Shown piece by piece: positions 1 through 10,770 of a DNA stretch of 21,661 bases. The notes under the pieces were generated by a model. That model was not told where the DNA came from and did not search any database. It saw only the letters and a list, made by a program, of their open reading frames with translations. This stretch comes from Pseudomonadota bacterium (GTDB taxonomy: Bacteria > Bdellovibrionota > FAC87 > UBA2466), in NCBI GenBank assembly GCA_043767805.1, contig JAYUGC010000174.1, forward strand, positions 1 through 21,661. The letters run 5' to 3'. Both the position numbers and the translations under genes were made by a program. The number at the start of each line of letters is the position of its first letter. Position 1 is the stretch's first letter.

Positions 1-27
1 GTCTCCCGGCCCTTTAAGAAGATTGGT

Positions 28-618
28 TTACTGAGGCTCGCTTAGGTACGCGATTTCATCCGTGGTGGATTCCCGTCCAAGGATCGTGTTGCGCTTGGGG
101 AACCGACCGAACCGTTCGATCACTTCGTGGTGCTCGATGGCTTGGTTGAGAACCTCGTCGATAAAATCCCAGTGCGCTTCCGAAACGTCCTGCGCGAGGC
201 GGATAAAAAACTCGAGACCCTTCTTCTGAACCTGAAGGTCCTCGGCATGCACCATCGGGAAGTAGAAGAACACCCGCTCGGGGGCGTCGAACTGACGATC
301 CCATCCCCGATCGATTCCGCGCAGACACAAACGAAGTGCCGCTTGATCGAGCGTGAAAGCTTCGGGGGTTCCCCGGTTGATGGCGCGAGAAAACTGATCG
401 AGTACTAAGATGGAAGCGAGACAACCTTCCGGTGAGTCTTCCCACTCTTTCAGTTTTCCTGTCCGGGCAGTTTGTAGCAGCCCAGAAAACTTTTGTTTGA
501 TAGCCGCGTCGTTGGCTGGATCGCCCTTGAACCAAAAGCGGGAACGCTCCTCGGTGACCGGCTCGCCGGATTTCCGGTCGCCAAACCAGAACTGCATTAT
601 TTCTTTAGGTTGTTCCAA
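28..618 (-). CDS. DUF924 family protein (196 aa)
   Basis: Family-typical motifs FWF...RFWFKGDPANDAAI, LVLDQFSRAINRGT, RVFFYFPMVHAED and IERFGRFPKRNTILGREST. TTG start with SD-like AAGGGAGA 7 nt upstream (626-633). Confidence 0.9.
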   Translation of the reverse strand: MEQPKEIMQFWFGDRKSGEPVTEERSRFWFKGDPANDAAIKQKFSGLLQTARTGKLKEWEDSPEGCLASILVLDQFSRAINRGTPEAFTLDQAALRLCLRGIDRGWDRQFDAPERVFFYFPMVHAEDLQVQKKGLEFFIRLAQDVSEAHWDFIDEVLNQAIEHHEVIERFGRFPKRNTILGRESTTDEIAYLSEPQ

Positions 619-695
619 CAGTTAGTCTCCCTTTTTGGTCTTGCCATCGTCCCCTATCCTGGTTCGCGAGTAAACGGGAAAAACTCTCCTTGTGA

Positions 696-724
696 TTTTC
701 AATGCCAGCCGAATCCTCTAAGCT
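696..724 (+). promoter_or_regulatory. Putative sigma70-type promoter for a leaderless alpha/beta hydrolase mRNA
   Basis: TTTTCA(696-701)-N17-TAAGCT(719-724)-N6-GTG(731); no SD. Confidence 0.45.
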
Positions 725-730
725 TGCCCG

Positions 731-1585
731 GTGAAAGCCGAACCCCGCTCCCTGACGTTCCAACTCGAGTACGGAAAAGTGGCCGCCCTGGAATGGGGCC
801 CTCCGAATGGCAAGCCAGTCTTGGCTTTGCACGGGTGGCTGGACAATGCCGCGACTTTCCAAGCTCTAGCCCCCCTCCTGCCGGAGTGCAGACTGGTGGC
901 TATCGACCTGCCCGGGCATGGCCTTTCGGATCACCGCGCTCCGGGCACGACTTACCATCTCATTGATGGGGTAGCCGATACGCTACAAGTCGCCGACGCC
1001 CTGGGCTGGGAAAAACCCTGCTGGATCGGGCATTCCATGGGCGGGGCCATAGCGGTACTAGCGGCGGGAGCCGCGCCCCAACGCTTTGAGAACTTAGCGC
1101 TTTTGGAGTCTTTGGGCCCGATTGTGGATGGAGCGGATATGGCTCCCGGCAGGCTCGCTTCCCATCTAAAGGATCGGAGGGAGCTCGCTTCGAAACGGCT
1201 TCCGGTCTATCCCAGTGCCGACATGGCCGCCCGCGCCCGCCGGACGGCCGGCGATCTTTCGGAAACTGGCTCCCTTTTACTGGCGAACCGAGGCTTGAAG
1301 CCCGCCGAAGGGGGTGTCACCTGGCGGAGCGACCCCCGGCTAAAGTTCAACTCGCCTATCCGCCTGAGCGAGGAACAGGTCGAGAGCTTTCTATCCCACG
1401 TCACCTGCCCTACCTTGGTAGTCGCCGCTGACCAGGGACTCATTCCGCTCAGAAGCGTGCTACAACCTAGGTTTTCTAGGCTCAAGCGCGGGACTTTGGA
1501 GATGGTCCCGGGCGGCCATCACGTACATCTCGATCATCCCGACAGGGTGGCTCCCCACCTTAGAAAGTTCCTTGGATTACCATGA
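731..1585 (+). CDS. Alpha/beta fold hydrolase (284 aa)
   Basis: LHGWLDNA oxyanion motif, DLPGHGLS, nucleophile elbow GHSMGG, WRSDPRL and catalytic His region GGHHVHLDHP. Confidence 0.93.
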   Translation: MKAEPRSLTFQLEYGKVAALEWGPPNGKPVLALHGWLDNAATFQALAPLLPECRLVAIDLPGHGLSDHRAPGTTYHLIDGVADTLQVADALGWEKPCWIGHSMGGAIAVLAAGAAPQRFENLALLESLGPIVDGADMAPGRLASHLKDRRELASKRLPVYPSADMAARARRTAGDLSETGSLLLANRGLKPAEGGVTWRSDPRLKFNSPIRLSEEQVESFLSHVTCPTLVVAADQGLIPLRSVLQPRFSRLKRGTLEMVPGGHHVHLDHPDRVAPHLRKFLGLP

Positions 1586-1752
1586 AGCTCGACCCATTTA
1601 CGCTGAGACGGCTCTCCCGATTCGCCGAAACCTTCCGGCAGAAAAAGGCGACCCTACCGACTTTGAAAGACTTCGAGGAAGGCGGCTTCGAGAAGGCCGT
1701 CGTGGAACAAGCCGTTAAGGAAGCGTTTCTCGAAGAGCTCTACGTCAACTAA
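1582..1752 (+). CDS. Small hypothetical protein not in the ORF track (56 aa to TAA 1750-1752; the frame continues to TAA 1792-1794, so possibly a truncated 70-codon gene)
   Basis: ATGA overlap with the hydrolase stop. Translates as MKLDPFTLRRLSRFAETFRQKKATLPTLKDFEEGGFEKAVVEQAVKEAFLEELYVN*TSGAVVKGYKKKD* and fills the gap between the hydrolase and dusC. Confidence 0.7.
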   Translation: MKLDPFTLRRLSRFAETFRQKKATLPTLKDFEEGGFEKAVVEQAVKEAFLEELYVN

Positions 1753-1790
1753 ACGAGCGGAGCCGTCGTTAAAGGGTACAAGAAGAAGGA

Positions 1791-2777
1791 CTAAAGGGAC
1801 TGCAGGGTTCCGAGTAGCTCGCCAAGCGAGTTGCTGCGCTTGATGATGTCGAAGCCTCGGAAGCTTCCCCGTCTCTCGGCTTGGCCGAGCCACTGCTTGA
1901 TCCGCCGAGCCGCGTAATTTTCGCAAGGCGAAACCTCGCGGCACCGACTCACGAATTTTTCCAAAAGCGGGAGCCAATCCTTCGGGCTTTCTCCGGAAAC
2001 GACGTTCGTTGCGTCGGAAACGGCGATGCCGAGTGCTCTGGCAACCGCGAGCGGAAAATTGGGATCGGCAATGGCGCCCCGGCCGATCATGAAATGCTCG
2101 AGTCCGCACTCGTCTTGGCAGCGGCGGAAATCATCTAAAGTAGAAATATCGCCGTTTACGACGACAGGAAGTCCGAGCGCCCGGCGCACCTCTCCGACCG
2201 GCTTCCAAAAAACTGGGGGCGCGTAACCCTGCTCTTTCGTGCGGGCATGAATGGTGAGCCAATCGGCGCCGCCCTTCGCGGCGGCCTCGGCGGTTTTAAA
2301 GATGTCGTTGCGATCTTCCCAACCGAGCCGAAGCTTGGCCGATACCGGAATCTCGGGAACGGCCGCTTTCACCGCGGCAACGATGGTCTCGATCCGTTCG
2401 GGACATTTTAAGAGCGAAGCGCCGCCGTCATGGCGATTCACCGTTTTGGCGGGGCAGCCGAAGTTGAGGTCGATGGCTTGCGCGCCCGTTTCGAAAGCGA
2501 CCCGGGCCGTGAGGGCGAGGCGTTCCGCATTGCCGCCCAAAAGTTGCACCGAAACGGGAGTGCCCGAAGGGGTGCGGGAATCGGTCTTAAGCTCGGGAAC
2601 GTGGCGGAGAAAAACGTGAGGCGGAGGCACGTTCGCGCTCACCCTCAGGAATTCCGACACACAAAAGGTGAACGCGCCGTTCTCGGTGAGAATCGCGCGC
2701 ATGGGAGCGTCGGTCACCCCCTCCATGGGGGCGAGGAGCAAGGCGGACGTGCCGAACTGTACGCGGGGAAAACTCAC
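1791..2777 (-). CDS. dusC: tRNA-dihydrouridine synthase, DusC-like (328 aa)
   Basis: LLLAPMEGVTD, VQLLGG, catalytic DLNFGCPAKTVN, SAKLRLGW, TIHARTK.QGY.PP, VNGDI and MIGRGA. Confidence 0.92.
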   Translation of the reverse strand: MSFPRVQFGTSALLLAPMEGVTDAPMRAILTENGAFTFCVSEFLRVSANVPPPHVFLRHVPELKTDSRTPSGTPVSVQLLGGNAERLALTARVAFETGAQAIDLNFGCPAKTVNRHDGGASLLKCPERIETIVAAVKAAVPEIPVSAKLRLGWEDRNDIFKTAEAAAKGGADWLTIHARTKEQGYAPPVFWKPVGEVRRALGLPVVVNGDISTLDDFRRCQDECGLEHFMIGRGAIADPNFPLAVARALGIAVSDATNVVSGESPKDWLPLLEKFVSRCREVSPCENYAARRIKQWLGQAERRGSFRGFDIIKRSNSLGELLGTLQSL

Positions 2778-2889
2778 TCTCCGACCCTACTGCATTCCCG
2801 GGCAAAGAATCCATATTGCTGTGCGGTTGCCAGAAGGATTGCCAGTCTATGGCTGGAGAGCCGCTGCTGGGGCGGGCTTTGGGGCGTCA

Positions 2890-2918
2890 TTGACGGCCCC
2901 TACCCCCGCTGGCAACTT
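2890..2918 (+). promoter_or_regulatory. Putative sigma70-type promoter of the helicase gene
   Basis: TTGACG(2890-2895)-N17-CAACTT(2913-2918), with an extended -10 TG at 2910-2911. Confidence 0.4.
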
Positions 2919-2935
2919 CGGGAACTCACTCATTT

Positions 2936-4960
2936 TTGGAGGCAAAGGGAAACGTGTCGCGCTGGTGCGAGAATCTCAATCCGGAGCAGCAAGAGGCGGT
3001 CATGCACAACTACGGCCCGCTGCTCATTCTTGCAGGTGCCGGATCGGGCAAGACCACGGTGCTCGTCTCCCGGGCTGGCCGGCTCATTGAAGAGGGCATC
3101 GCCATGCCCCAGCAACTTTGCGTCCTCACGTTCACGAACAAAGCCGCCCGGGAGCTCAAATCCCGCGTGGGAAAACGCCTCGGCTCGCGCGGCGATAAGA
3201 TCTGGGCCGGCACGTTTCACTCCTTCGGCCTCTTCCTGCTTCGTAAGCACTATAAGAAGGCGAAGCTCGCCCATCAATTCGGCGTCATGGATTCCGGCGA
3301 TGCCGGCTCGCTCTTAAAGGAGCTCCTTCGCGATTTTAACAATAACGACAAGACCGCTTACGACGCCGAGACGTTACTATCTAAGATCAGCGAATGGCGC
3401 GCGCGCGGGCAGACCAAAGCCCAGTCGGACGACGAGTACGATGAAGCGGTCGAATGGCTGCTGCCGAAGTACTTGAAGCGCCTCGAGCATCTCGCCGCCG
3501 TCGATTTCGATAGCCTCATCCTTCGTCCCGTGGAACTCATGGCGGAGTTTCCGGAGATCAAAAAGGAAGTGCAGGACAGCTTTTCGCAGATCATGGTCGA
3601 CGAGTTCCAGGACACGAACGAAGGCCAGATGAATCTCGTGCGAAAGCTCGCCGAGAGTCACCGGAACCTTTCGGTCGTCGGAGACGACGACCAGTCCATT
3701 TACGGCTGGCGCGGCGCCTGCGTCGCCAACATCTTGAATTTCCCGAAGCTCTACGCGGGCAGCAAAGTCGTGCGCCTGGAGCGCAACTACCGCTCGACCC
3801 CGCAGATTCTCGAAGTGGCGAACTCGGTCATCGCGAGAAACACCGAGCGCCACAAAAAGATCTTAAAGCCCACGCGGCTCGACGGCGGAAAGCCGGAGCT
3901 TCTCGTATTTCAGACGGAAACGGAAGAGGCGGAGCTCACCTGCTCGGAAGTGAATCACTTTCTCAACCAAGGGTACGCGAAAAAAGACATCGCCCTCCTT
4001 TACCGCTCGAACGCTCTAGGCGCTTCGTTAGAAGCCGAGCTTCGTAAGAACCAAATTCCCTACTCCATGAGTGGCGGCACTGGCTTTTTCGATCGGAAGG
4101 AAACGCGCGACGTACTTGCTTACCTCCGTTGCGGGCTAAAGCCCAATGACGTCGCCTTTCGCCGGGTGTTCAATACGCCTCCGCGAGGCATTGGCGACAA
4201 GACGGTGGACGATCTCATCACCTTCGTAAGCCAGAACAATATCTCCTTCGTGCGGGCCGCCAAGGAATGGCAGCGGGTCGGGCTCGAGCCGCGCGCGGGA
4301 AACGCCATCGAGGCTTTCTTTAAGCAGATCGAGGGACTCGTTCCGTCTCTTATCGGAAACGAGACGTCACTAGTCAGCGTCAATCTACTGAACTTCCTGC
4401 AAGCCATCGGCTACAAGACGTATCTCGAAAAGACTTCCGCGGAGGCCTCGCAAGCGGCGCGCCGGTGGAAGCATCTCGAAATTTTCGCGGACGTTCTCGA
4501 CCGTTTCATCGCTACCGGTGGCCGGACCGAAGAGACGCTGAAAGAGTTCATCGATAAGATGGAGCTTCGCGACCCGGTGGACGAGAAGGACGAGGACAAG
4601 GTTCAGCTACTTACTTTGCACGCCTGCAAAGGGCTGGAGTTTCCGGTCGTGCTGCTCTTAGGCGTGGAAGAAGACATTCTTCCCCATAAGACCTTGGGAA
4701 CGGACGTCGCCGAAGAGCGGCGCCTTTTCTATGTGGGCCTCACGCGAGCCGAGAAGCATCTAGTCATCGCGCGCACGCTGTGCCGAAAGAAGTTCGGCAA
4801 AATGATGACCACCGTCCCTTCCCGCTTCCTTTTAGAGATTCCCGAAAATCTTCTCTCCAAACGCGAAGGGCAGCGCCCCGTCAGCGAGGACCGCCGCAAA
4901 GCCATGCTTGCCGAAATGTGGAAAAAGCTCGACGCCCCACCCCCATCCAAGTCCGTCTAA
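2936..4960 (+). CDS. rep: SF1A ATP-dependent DNA helicase, UvrD/Rep/PcrA family, Rep-like (674 aa; start may be GTG 2954)
   Basis: Motifs GAGSGKT, LTFTNKAA, VDEFQD, VGDDDQSIYGWRGA, NYRST, TLHACKGLEFP and EERRLFYVGLTRA. The length and the lack of a C-terminal Tudor-like domain favour Rep over UvrD/PcrA. The family is certain; the symbol is less so. Confidence 0.93.
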   Translation: MEAKGNVSRWCENLNPEQQEAVMHNYGPLLILAGAGSGKTTVLVSRAGRLIEEGIAMPQQLCVLTFTNKAARELKSRVGKRLGSRGDKIWAGTFHSFGLFLLRKHYKKAKLAHQFGVMDSGDAGSLLKELLRDFNNNDKTAYDAETLLSKISEWRARGQTKAQSDDEYDEAVEWLLPKYLKRLEHLAAVDFDSLILRPVELMAEFPEIKKEVQDSFSQIMVDEFQDTNEGQMNLVRKLAESHRNLSVVGDDDQSIYGWRGACVANILNFPKLYAGSKVVRLERNYRSTPQILEVANSVIARNTERHKKILKPTRLDGGKPELLVFQTETEEAELTCSEVNHFLNQGYAKKDIALLYRSNALGASLEAELRKNQIPYSMSGGTGFFDRKETRDVLAYLRCGLKPNDVAFRRVFNTPPRGIGDKTVDDLITFVSQNNISFVRAAKEWQRVGLEPRAGNAIEAFFKQIEGLVPSLIGNETSLVSVNLLNFLQAIGYKTYLEKTSAEASQAARRWKHLEIFADVLDRFIATGGRTEETLKEFIDKMELRDPVDEKDEDKVQLLTLHACKGLEFPVVLLLGVEEDILPHKTLGTDVAEERRLFYVGLTRAEKHLVIARTLCRKKFGKMMTTVPSRFLLEIPENLLSKREGQRPVSEDRRKAMLAEMWKKLDAPPPSKSV

Positions 4961-4973
4961 AAGGTGACATCTT

Positions 4974-4979
<6 letters not shown>
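4955..4979. terminator. Hairpin between convergent helicase and prfC, possible bidirectional terminator
   Basis: Inverted repeat GTCTAAAAGGT-GAC-ATCTTTTAGGC with G-U pairs. It contains both TAA stops. The stem is AT-rich and atypical. Confidence 0.4.
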
Positions 4980-6533
<1,554 letters not shown>

Positions 6534-6546
6534 TACGAAGCCAGTT

Positions 6547-8661
6547 CTACTTGGACTGCCTGGGGGCCGCCACCTTTTTCTGAATTGGCAGCTCGGCTAC
6601 CCATTTTCGCAAGCGGGTGGCCTCTTCGGAGGGTAACGGACGGGGGGAATAAAGGTCTCGTTGGATGGCTTCGTCGAGCCGGCCCACGGAAAAAGCGTCC
6701 CAGCCTTCGACTTGCAGACGCTCGTGAAAGCGGGCAAAGGTCTCCCCGGGCTCGCGCCACCAGCCGGCGCGCTCGAGCCGCCTGAGGAAGATACGATAAT
6801 AGGCGGGTAGCATTTCAAGGGCGTTACGCTGCCGCCGCCTGAGAAAACGCGGGATGAGCCAAATCGCGACCGCTAGGCCCAGCCAACGGAACATGTCCAA
6901 GAGGGCCTGCCATTTGGGAAGCCCATTGAAGGTCTTTCCGCGTAGGAGGGACACCTGCATCCAGACTTGCTGCTGCGTGGAGCTGTCGTACAAAACAACG
7001 TAACGGTTGAACCAGAATTTGACCGCGTTGTAGTAGTTGGCTGCCTGGGCCACCATCCCGGTGTCGTCTCCCAAGGGAAGAGCGGGCGTGGGATCGTAAC
7101 GGTACCAAACGCCGCGGCCCCCGTAGATCTCGACCCAAGCATGGGCGTTTCTTTCGCGGACTTCCAAGGTATGAGAGACCGAGTTGAAACTTCCGCCCCG
7201 GTACCCCAAAACCACACGGCTCGGAATGCCCTGACTTCTAAGAAAGAGCGTCGCCGCCGTCGCGAAATACTCGCAATGACCTGTGCGATCGGTGGTGAGA
7301 AAGCCTTCCAAGACGGACGATGCCTTGGTCTCGTGAACGAGGGTCGGGACGAACTTGCGTATGAAATTCAAGGAGAGCGCGCTGAGGATTTTAGCCGCGG
7401 TCTGTGGGGGTTTCGCGCCCAAGACTTCTTTCTTCCAGTTACGAAAGTAACCGGACTGTTCGATGGACTCCGGCACATACGTGTACCGCAGGGACGGCGC
7501 TACTGAGCTGGGGTCATTTTCAGCCTTCGCCCTTTCGCGCGCCCACTGCGATGAGAGTTGCTCCACGGTCATCGCGGGGTCCAAGCTCTCTAGAGACGGC
7601 TCTTCGCCGATGACTACGTCATAAGCGTACCGAAGGCTTCCCGAAGCACTTCGGTAAAGACTGCGGGCGCGATCAAAACGGGTACCGCCCAAGAGAGCTT
7701 CAGGCCCCCGAAAATGGAGAAGGACGCCTGGGTACAAAATCGCGCGAGTTGAATGTGGCTCCCGGTAAATGCGGGCGGGCAGGCGCCAATGGGAAGGAAT
7801 CATCGAATAACGCACGTCTTCGCCGTAGCGATAAGGCCAACGCTCCGTTTCCGCTGATATCCACTGCGTTCCATCGAAGGTCTCGACCGTATTGCCGCGG
7901 AGGTAGAGAGTGTGCGCATTCTCGACGAGCCAAACCGGATCCGACTCGATGGTAAGCGCAACCGTTGTGTCCTCGCTGATGGCATTGGCGGTTTGAAGCT
8001 TGATTTGCCCCGTATATCCGGTCTTGGACTCGCGCTCTTTGAGCCCCCAAGGATTGCTGAAAAGCTGAGTACGCGGGAAAAAGAAGAAGACGAGACCGCC
8101 ACCAAACAGTCCCCACATCAGCGCCGGCGTGAGCTGACGGAAGTAGCTGACGCTCAAGCGGTAGCGAATCGCCCCCGCGGCTCCGGCGAGAGAATAGAGA
8201 TTGTTGGCGTTCAGCGTGAAAACCAAAGTCAGCAGGAATCCCAAGAAGACGACGTGAGTATAGAACTCCTGTTTGACGATGACGCACATGAGGGCGATGA
8301 GGCCGGTCACGAGAATCCCGATCCAATGCCCCAAGTGCTTCTGCTTTCTAGGCAGAAAGAGGAAGAGCGATGCCCAGAGCAAAGTGCCTAAAAGCGAGGC
8401 GAGATCCGGCGATCTCAAATGCTGTTGCCCGATGACGAAAGCCAGCGCCGCCATCGAGAATAGACGGCCCCAAAGCGAAAAGACGGGAACGCGGCGAAAC
8501 CTTCCCGAAGGCACCAAGCACCAGAGCGAAAAGACAAACGAGACCACGAGAAGCGGAAGCGGAGTGAGCTCGCTTTGCCAGGACAGAAGCGCCGCCTCGG
8601 AGAGAAGCAGCACCCAGCTCGCGTGATAAAAAGTGGATAGGGTCCAGCGCTGGGCTTTCAC
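6547..8661 (-). CDS. Membrane-anchored transglutaminase-like protein (DUF3488 + transglutaminase core, TgpA-like); ORF-track start 8685
   Basis: Multiple N-terminal hydrophobic helices, FFFFPR, Cys-His-Asp triad motifs GHCEYFATA / HAWVE / YDPTP and a C-terminal TM helix. GTG 8661 overlaps the DUF58 stop (GTGA). Confidence 0.9.
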   Translation of the reverse strand: MKAQRWTLSTFYHASWVLLLSEAALLSWQSELTPLPLLVVSFVFSLWCLVPSGRFRRVPVFSLWGRLFSMAALAFVIGQQHLRSPDLASLLGTLLWASLFLFLPRKQKHLGHWIGILVTGLIALMCVIVKQEFYTHVVFLGFLLTLVFTLNANNLYSLAGAAGAIRYRLSVSYFRQLTPALMWGLFGGGLVFFFFPRTQLFSNPWGLKERESKTGYTGQIKLQTANAISEDTTVALTIESDPVWLVENAHTLYLRGNTVETFDGTQWISAETERWPYRYGEDVRYSMIPSHWRLPARIYREPHSTRAILYPGVLLHFRGPEALLGGTRFDRARSLYRSASGSLRYAYDVVIGEEPSLESLDPAMTVEQLSSQWARERAKAENDPSSVAPSLRYTYVPESIEQSGYFRNWKKEVLGAKPPQTAAKILSALSLNFIRKFVPTLVHETKASSVLEGFLTTDRTGHCEYFATAATLFLRSQGIPSRVVLGYRGGSFNSVSHTLEVRERNAHAWVEIYGGRGVWYRYDPTPALPLGDDTGMVAQAANYYNAVKFWFNRYVVLYDSSTQQQVWMQVSLLRGKTFNGLPKWQALLDMFRWLGLAVAIWLIPRFLRRRQRNALEMLPAYYRIFLRRLERAGWWREPGETFARFHERLQVEGWDAFSVGRLDEAIQRDLYSPRPLPSEEATRLRKWVAELPIQKKVAAPRQSK

Positions 8662-9713
8662 GCGGCCACTCTCATTCCATCCCATTGCACTCCGTCCGCT
8701 CCAACGAGAAGACGAAGTTCCCCTTCCCGGGGAGGCGCGGCCGGATGGCCCGCGCGCGAAAGACTCGCGCGCTTTTCAAAGGGGGGCGCGGAAGCCAGGT
8801 ATCTGTGCACCGCCGGAAGATCGGAGGCCACGCAAACGCCGTCTGCTTCGAGCTCGAACGGCCGTTCGGACTGATAAGCGACTTCGATGGCGGTCCTGAG
8901 ATCGGTAAGACGCCGTTCATAAGTCACCGCATCGGGGGCGGCAGAGAGAAACCCGGAAAGCGTGACCACCCGGATGCGTTGCTCGCGCGAGCGCGATTCA
9001 AAAACTTTCACAACCCAGTCCGCCGGCGCATGGCCCGCCGAACGACGCCAATCGATGAGGCGCGCCGGATCGAGAGGATTGCGGTGCCGGTGGCAGTAAA
9101 ACTCTTTCTCCGCATCGGCGCGCGCGAGCTGGTGGCGCAATTCCCGGGTTAAGCGCTTCAGGAGAGTCTCATCGAGCTCGGGCAAGACGGAGATGTCCGT
9201 CGGAAGCTCCTCGACCTTGAACTTGGAAAGTAAACCAAAGGGATAGAGCGTCCTTTGCACGGCGTAGAGCTTTTCGTAATAGCCACGTGGCATGCCGGTG
9301 CAGGTTCCCGAAAGCGTCGCGTTCTCCTGCGCTTCGAGAATGAGGCATTGCCCGCGCATGCGCGGCACCGGCTCTTTCCCCAACATGGGAAAGCGCGGCG
9401 GCTTGTCGTAAATGAGACACTCGACGCCGTAGAGGATCTGGCTCTCGTCCTGATTGTGAATTTTGAGATCGAGCGTGAAAGGCCGATTCGCTTCTCCGGA
9501 AACGCGCGCGGCGCCCGTCACCTCGAAGTGCTTCATCACCCGCTCGGAGAGCAGGCCCGAGATGATGAGGATCGCGATGCCTAGGCTCAGAGACAAATAA
9601 ATGCCGTTGTAACCTGAAGCGATGGCGATGAGACCCAACGCGAGCACCAGAGCGATGGTGTATCGCCCCGGAACCGTCGTATGGATCCCGCGATTTACGC
9701 TGCGGTAATACAT
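8658..9713 (-). CDS. DUF58 domain protein (351 aa)
   Basis: Two N-terminal TM segments (IASGYNGIYL), RG.Y...TLYPFGL, degenerate EF...D.ARLIDWRRSA...VKVFE. It lies between moxR and the transglutaminase, with a TGATG overlap with moxR. Confidence 0.85.
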   Translation of the reverse strand: MYYRSVNRGIHTTVPGRYTIALVLALGLIAIASGYNGIYLSLSLGIAILIISGLLSERVMKHFEVTGAARVSGEANRPFTLDLKIHNQDESQILYGVECLIYDKPPRFPMLGKEPVPRMRGQCLILEAQENATLSGTCTGMPRGYYEKLYAVQRTLYPFGLLSKFKVEELPTDISVLPELDETLLKRLTRELRHQLARADAEKEFYCHRHRNPLDPARLIDWRRSAGHAPADWVVKVFESRSREQRIRVVTLSGFLSAAPDAVTYERRLTDLRTAIEVAYQSERPFELEADGVCVASDLPAVHRYLASAPPFEKRASLSRAGHPAAPPREGELRLLVGADGVQWDGMRVAA

Positions 9714-10672
9714 CAGGCTGCGTCGACGGAATTGAGCACTTTTTCGACGAGGGTTTGCGCGTCGTTACCCGGCTGGACGACGATCCGATGCGCCAGGGCG
9801 AAAGGCCCGAGGGCTATCAAATCATCCGGAGTCACGTAATCCCGGCCGAGAAGGAAAGCCCGGCCTTTGGCGACACGGAGCCAAGCAATGCCACCGCGAG
9901 TGGAGATGCCGCGCAAGATAAGGGCGTGCGCGCGAGTCGCCTCCGCCACCCGGCTTACGTAATTCACCACGGCATCGGAAAGATGCACTTGCTCCACTTG
10001 CTCCTGGAGCGACTGAAGCTCCTCGGCGGTGAGCACGTTTTCAGGGATGGAGGCCAACGGATCGAGAGTGCTCTTGCGGAAGATTTCCCGCTCTTTTTCC
10101 GCGATGGGATAGCTCAGCTGCAACTTCACGCTGAAGCGATCGAGCTGGGACTCCGGCAACGGATACGTGCCCAGATGCTCGTTCGGGTTCTGGGTGGCGA
10201 AAAGAAGAAAAGGCACGGGAAGATGATGGGTGACGCGATCGACGGTGACCCCGCCCTCGCCCATCGCTTCGAGTAAGGCCGACTGGGTGCGAGGCGACGC
10301 CCGGTTGAGCTCATCGGCTAGAACTAAGTTCGCGAAGATGGGGCCTTTGTGAAATTGAAACTTTCCGGCCGAGCCTTCGTACACTTCGACACCGACGATG
10401 TCGGAGGGAAGCAGGTCGCTCGTGCACTGAATGCGTTTCATGTCGAGACCGAGGACGCGGGCAATCGCCTTCACGAGGGTCGTCTTACCGACGCCCGGAA
10501 CGTCTTCGAGGAGTACGTGGCCTCGCGACAGAATCGAGCTCAAGACGGCTTCCACCGCCAACTCTTTCCCTTTCAGCAGATCCGCGAGGGGCTCGCGGAT
10601 ACGCTGGAGCGCGGTGCCGGTCCGGGGGGACACATCGGGGTTTGTCGCAGAGCGACGCGAAGGGGCGGCCAT
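9713..10672 (-). CDS. moxR: MoxR-family AAA+ ATPase (about 319 aa; ORF-track start 10747)
   Basis: Walker A HVLLEDVPGVGKTT, RIQCTSDLLPSD, Walker B LADELNRASPRTQSALLEAM, ATQNP and GTYPLPESQLDRF. ATG 10672 is preceded by GGAAGGA. Confidence 0.95.
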   Translation of the reverse strand: MAAPSRRSATNPDVSPRTGTALQRIREPLADLLKGKELAVEAVLSSILSRGHVLLEDVPGVGKTTLVKAIARVLGLDMKRIQCTSDLLPSDIVGVEVYEGSAGKFQFHKGPIFANLVLADELNRASPRTQSALLEAMGEGGVTVDRVTHHLPVPFLLFATQNPNEHLGTYPLPESQLDRFSVKLQLSYPIAEKEREIFRKSTLDPLASIPENVLTAEELQSLQEQVEQVHLSDAVVNYVSRVAEATRAHALILRGISTRGGIAWLRVAKGRAFLLGRDYVTPDDLIALGPFALAHRIVVQPGNDAQTLVEKVLNSVDAA

Positions 10673-10735
10673 CTGATTTTCCTTCCGTGGGAGTTCCTCA
10701 TCTCTTCGGAAAAAAAGGGCTAAGTCGTGACCTGA

Positions 10736-10764
10736 TTGAAACTTCACGGCACCCTACTTAAACT
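10736..10764 (+). promoter_or_regulatory. Putative sigma70-type promoter, leaderless lipoprotein mRNA
   Basis: TTGAAA(10736-10741)-N17-TAAACT(10759-10764)-N6-ATG(10771). Confidence 0.55.
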
Positions 10765-10770
10765 AAGGCG

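Noticed and set aside
1654..2109. 151-aa minus-strand ORF as the occupant of the 1586-1790 gap
   Set aside because: Mostly an off-frame reading of dusC. The plus-strand ORF at 1582 with its ATGA coupling is the better candidate.
2430..3317. 295-aa plus-strand ORF
   Set aside because: Spans dusC antisense, the intergenic region and an off-frame part of the helicase. Arg/Ser-rich and non-protein-like.
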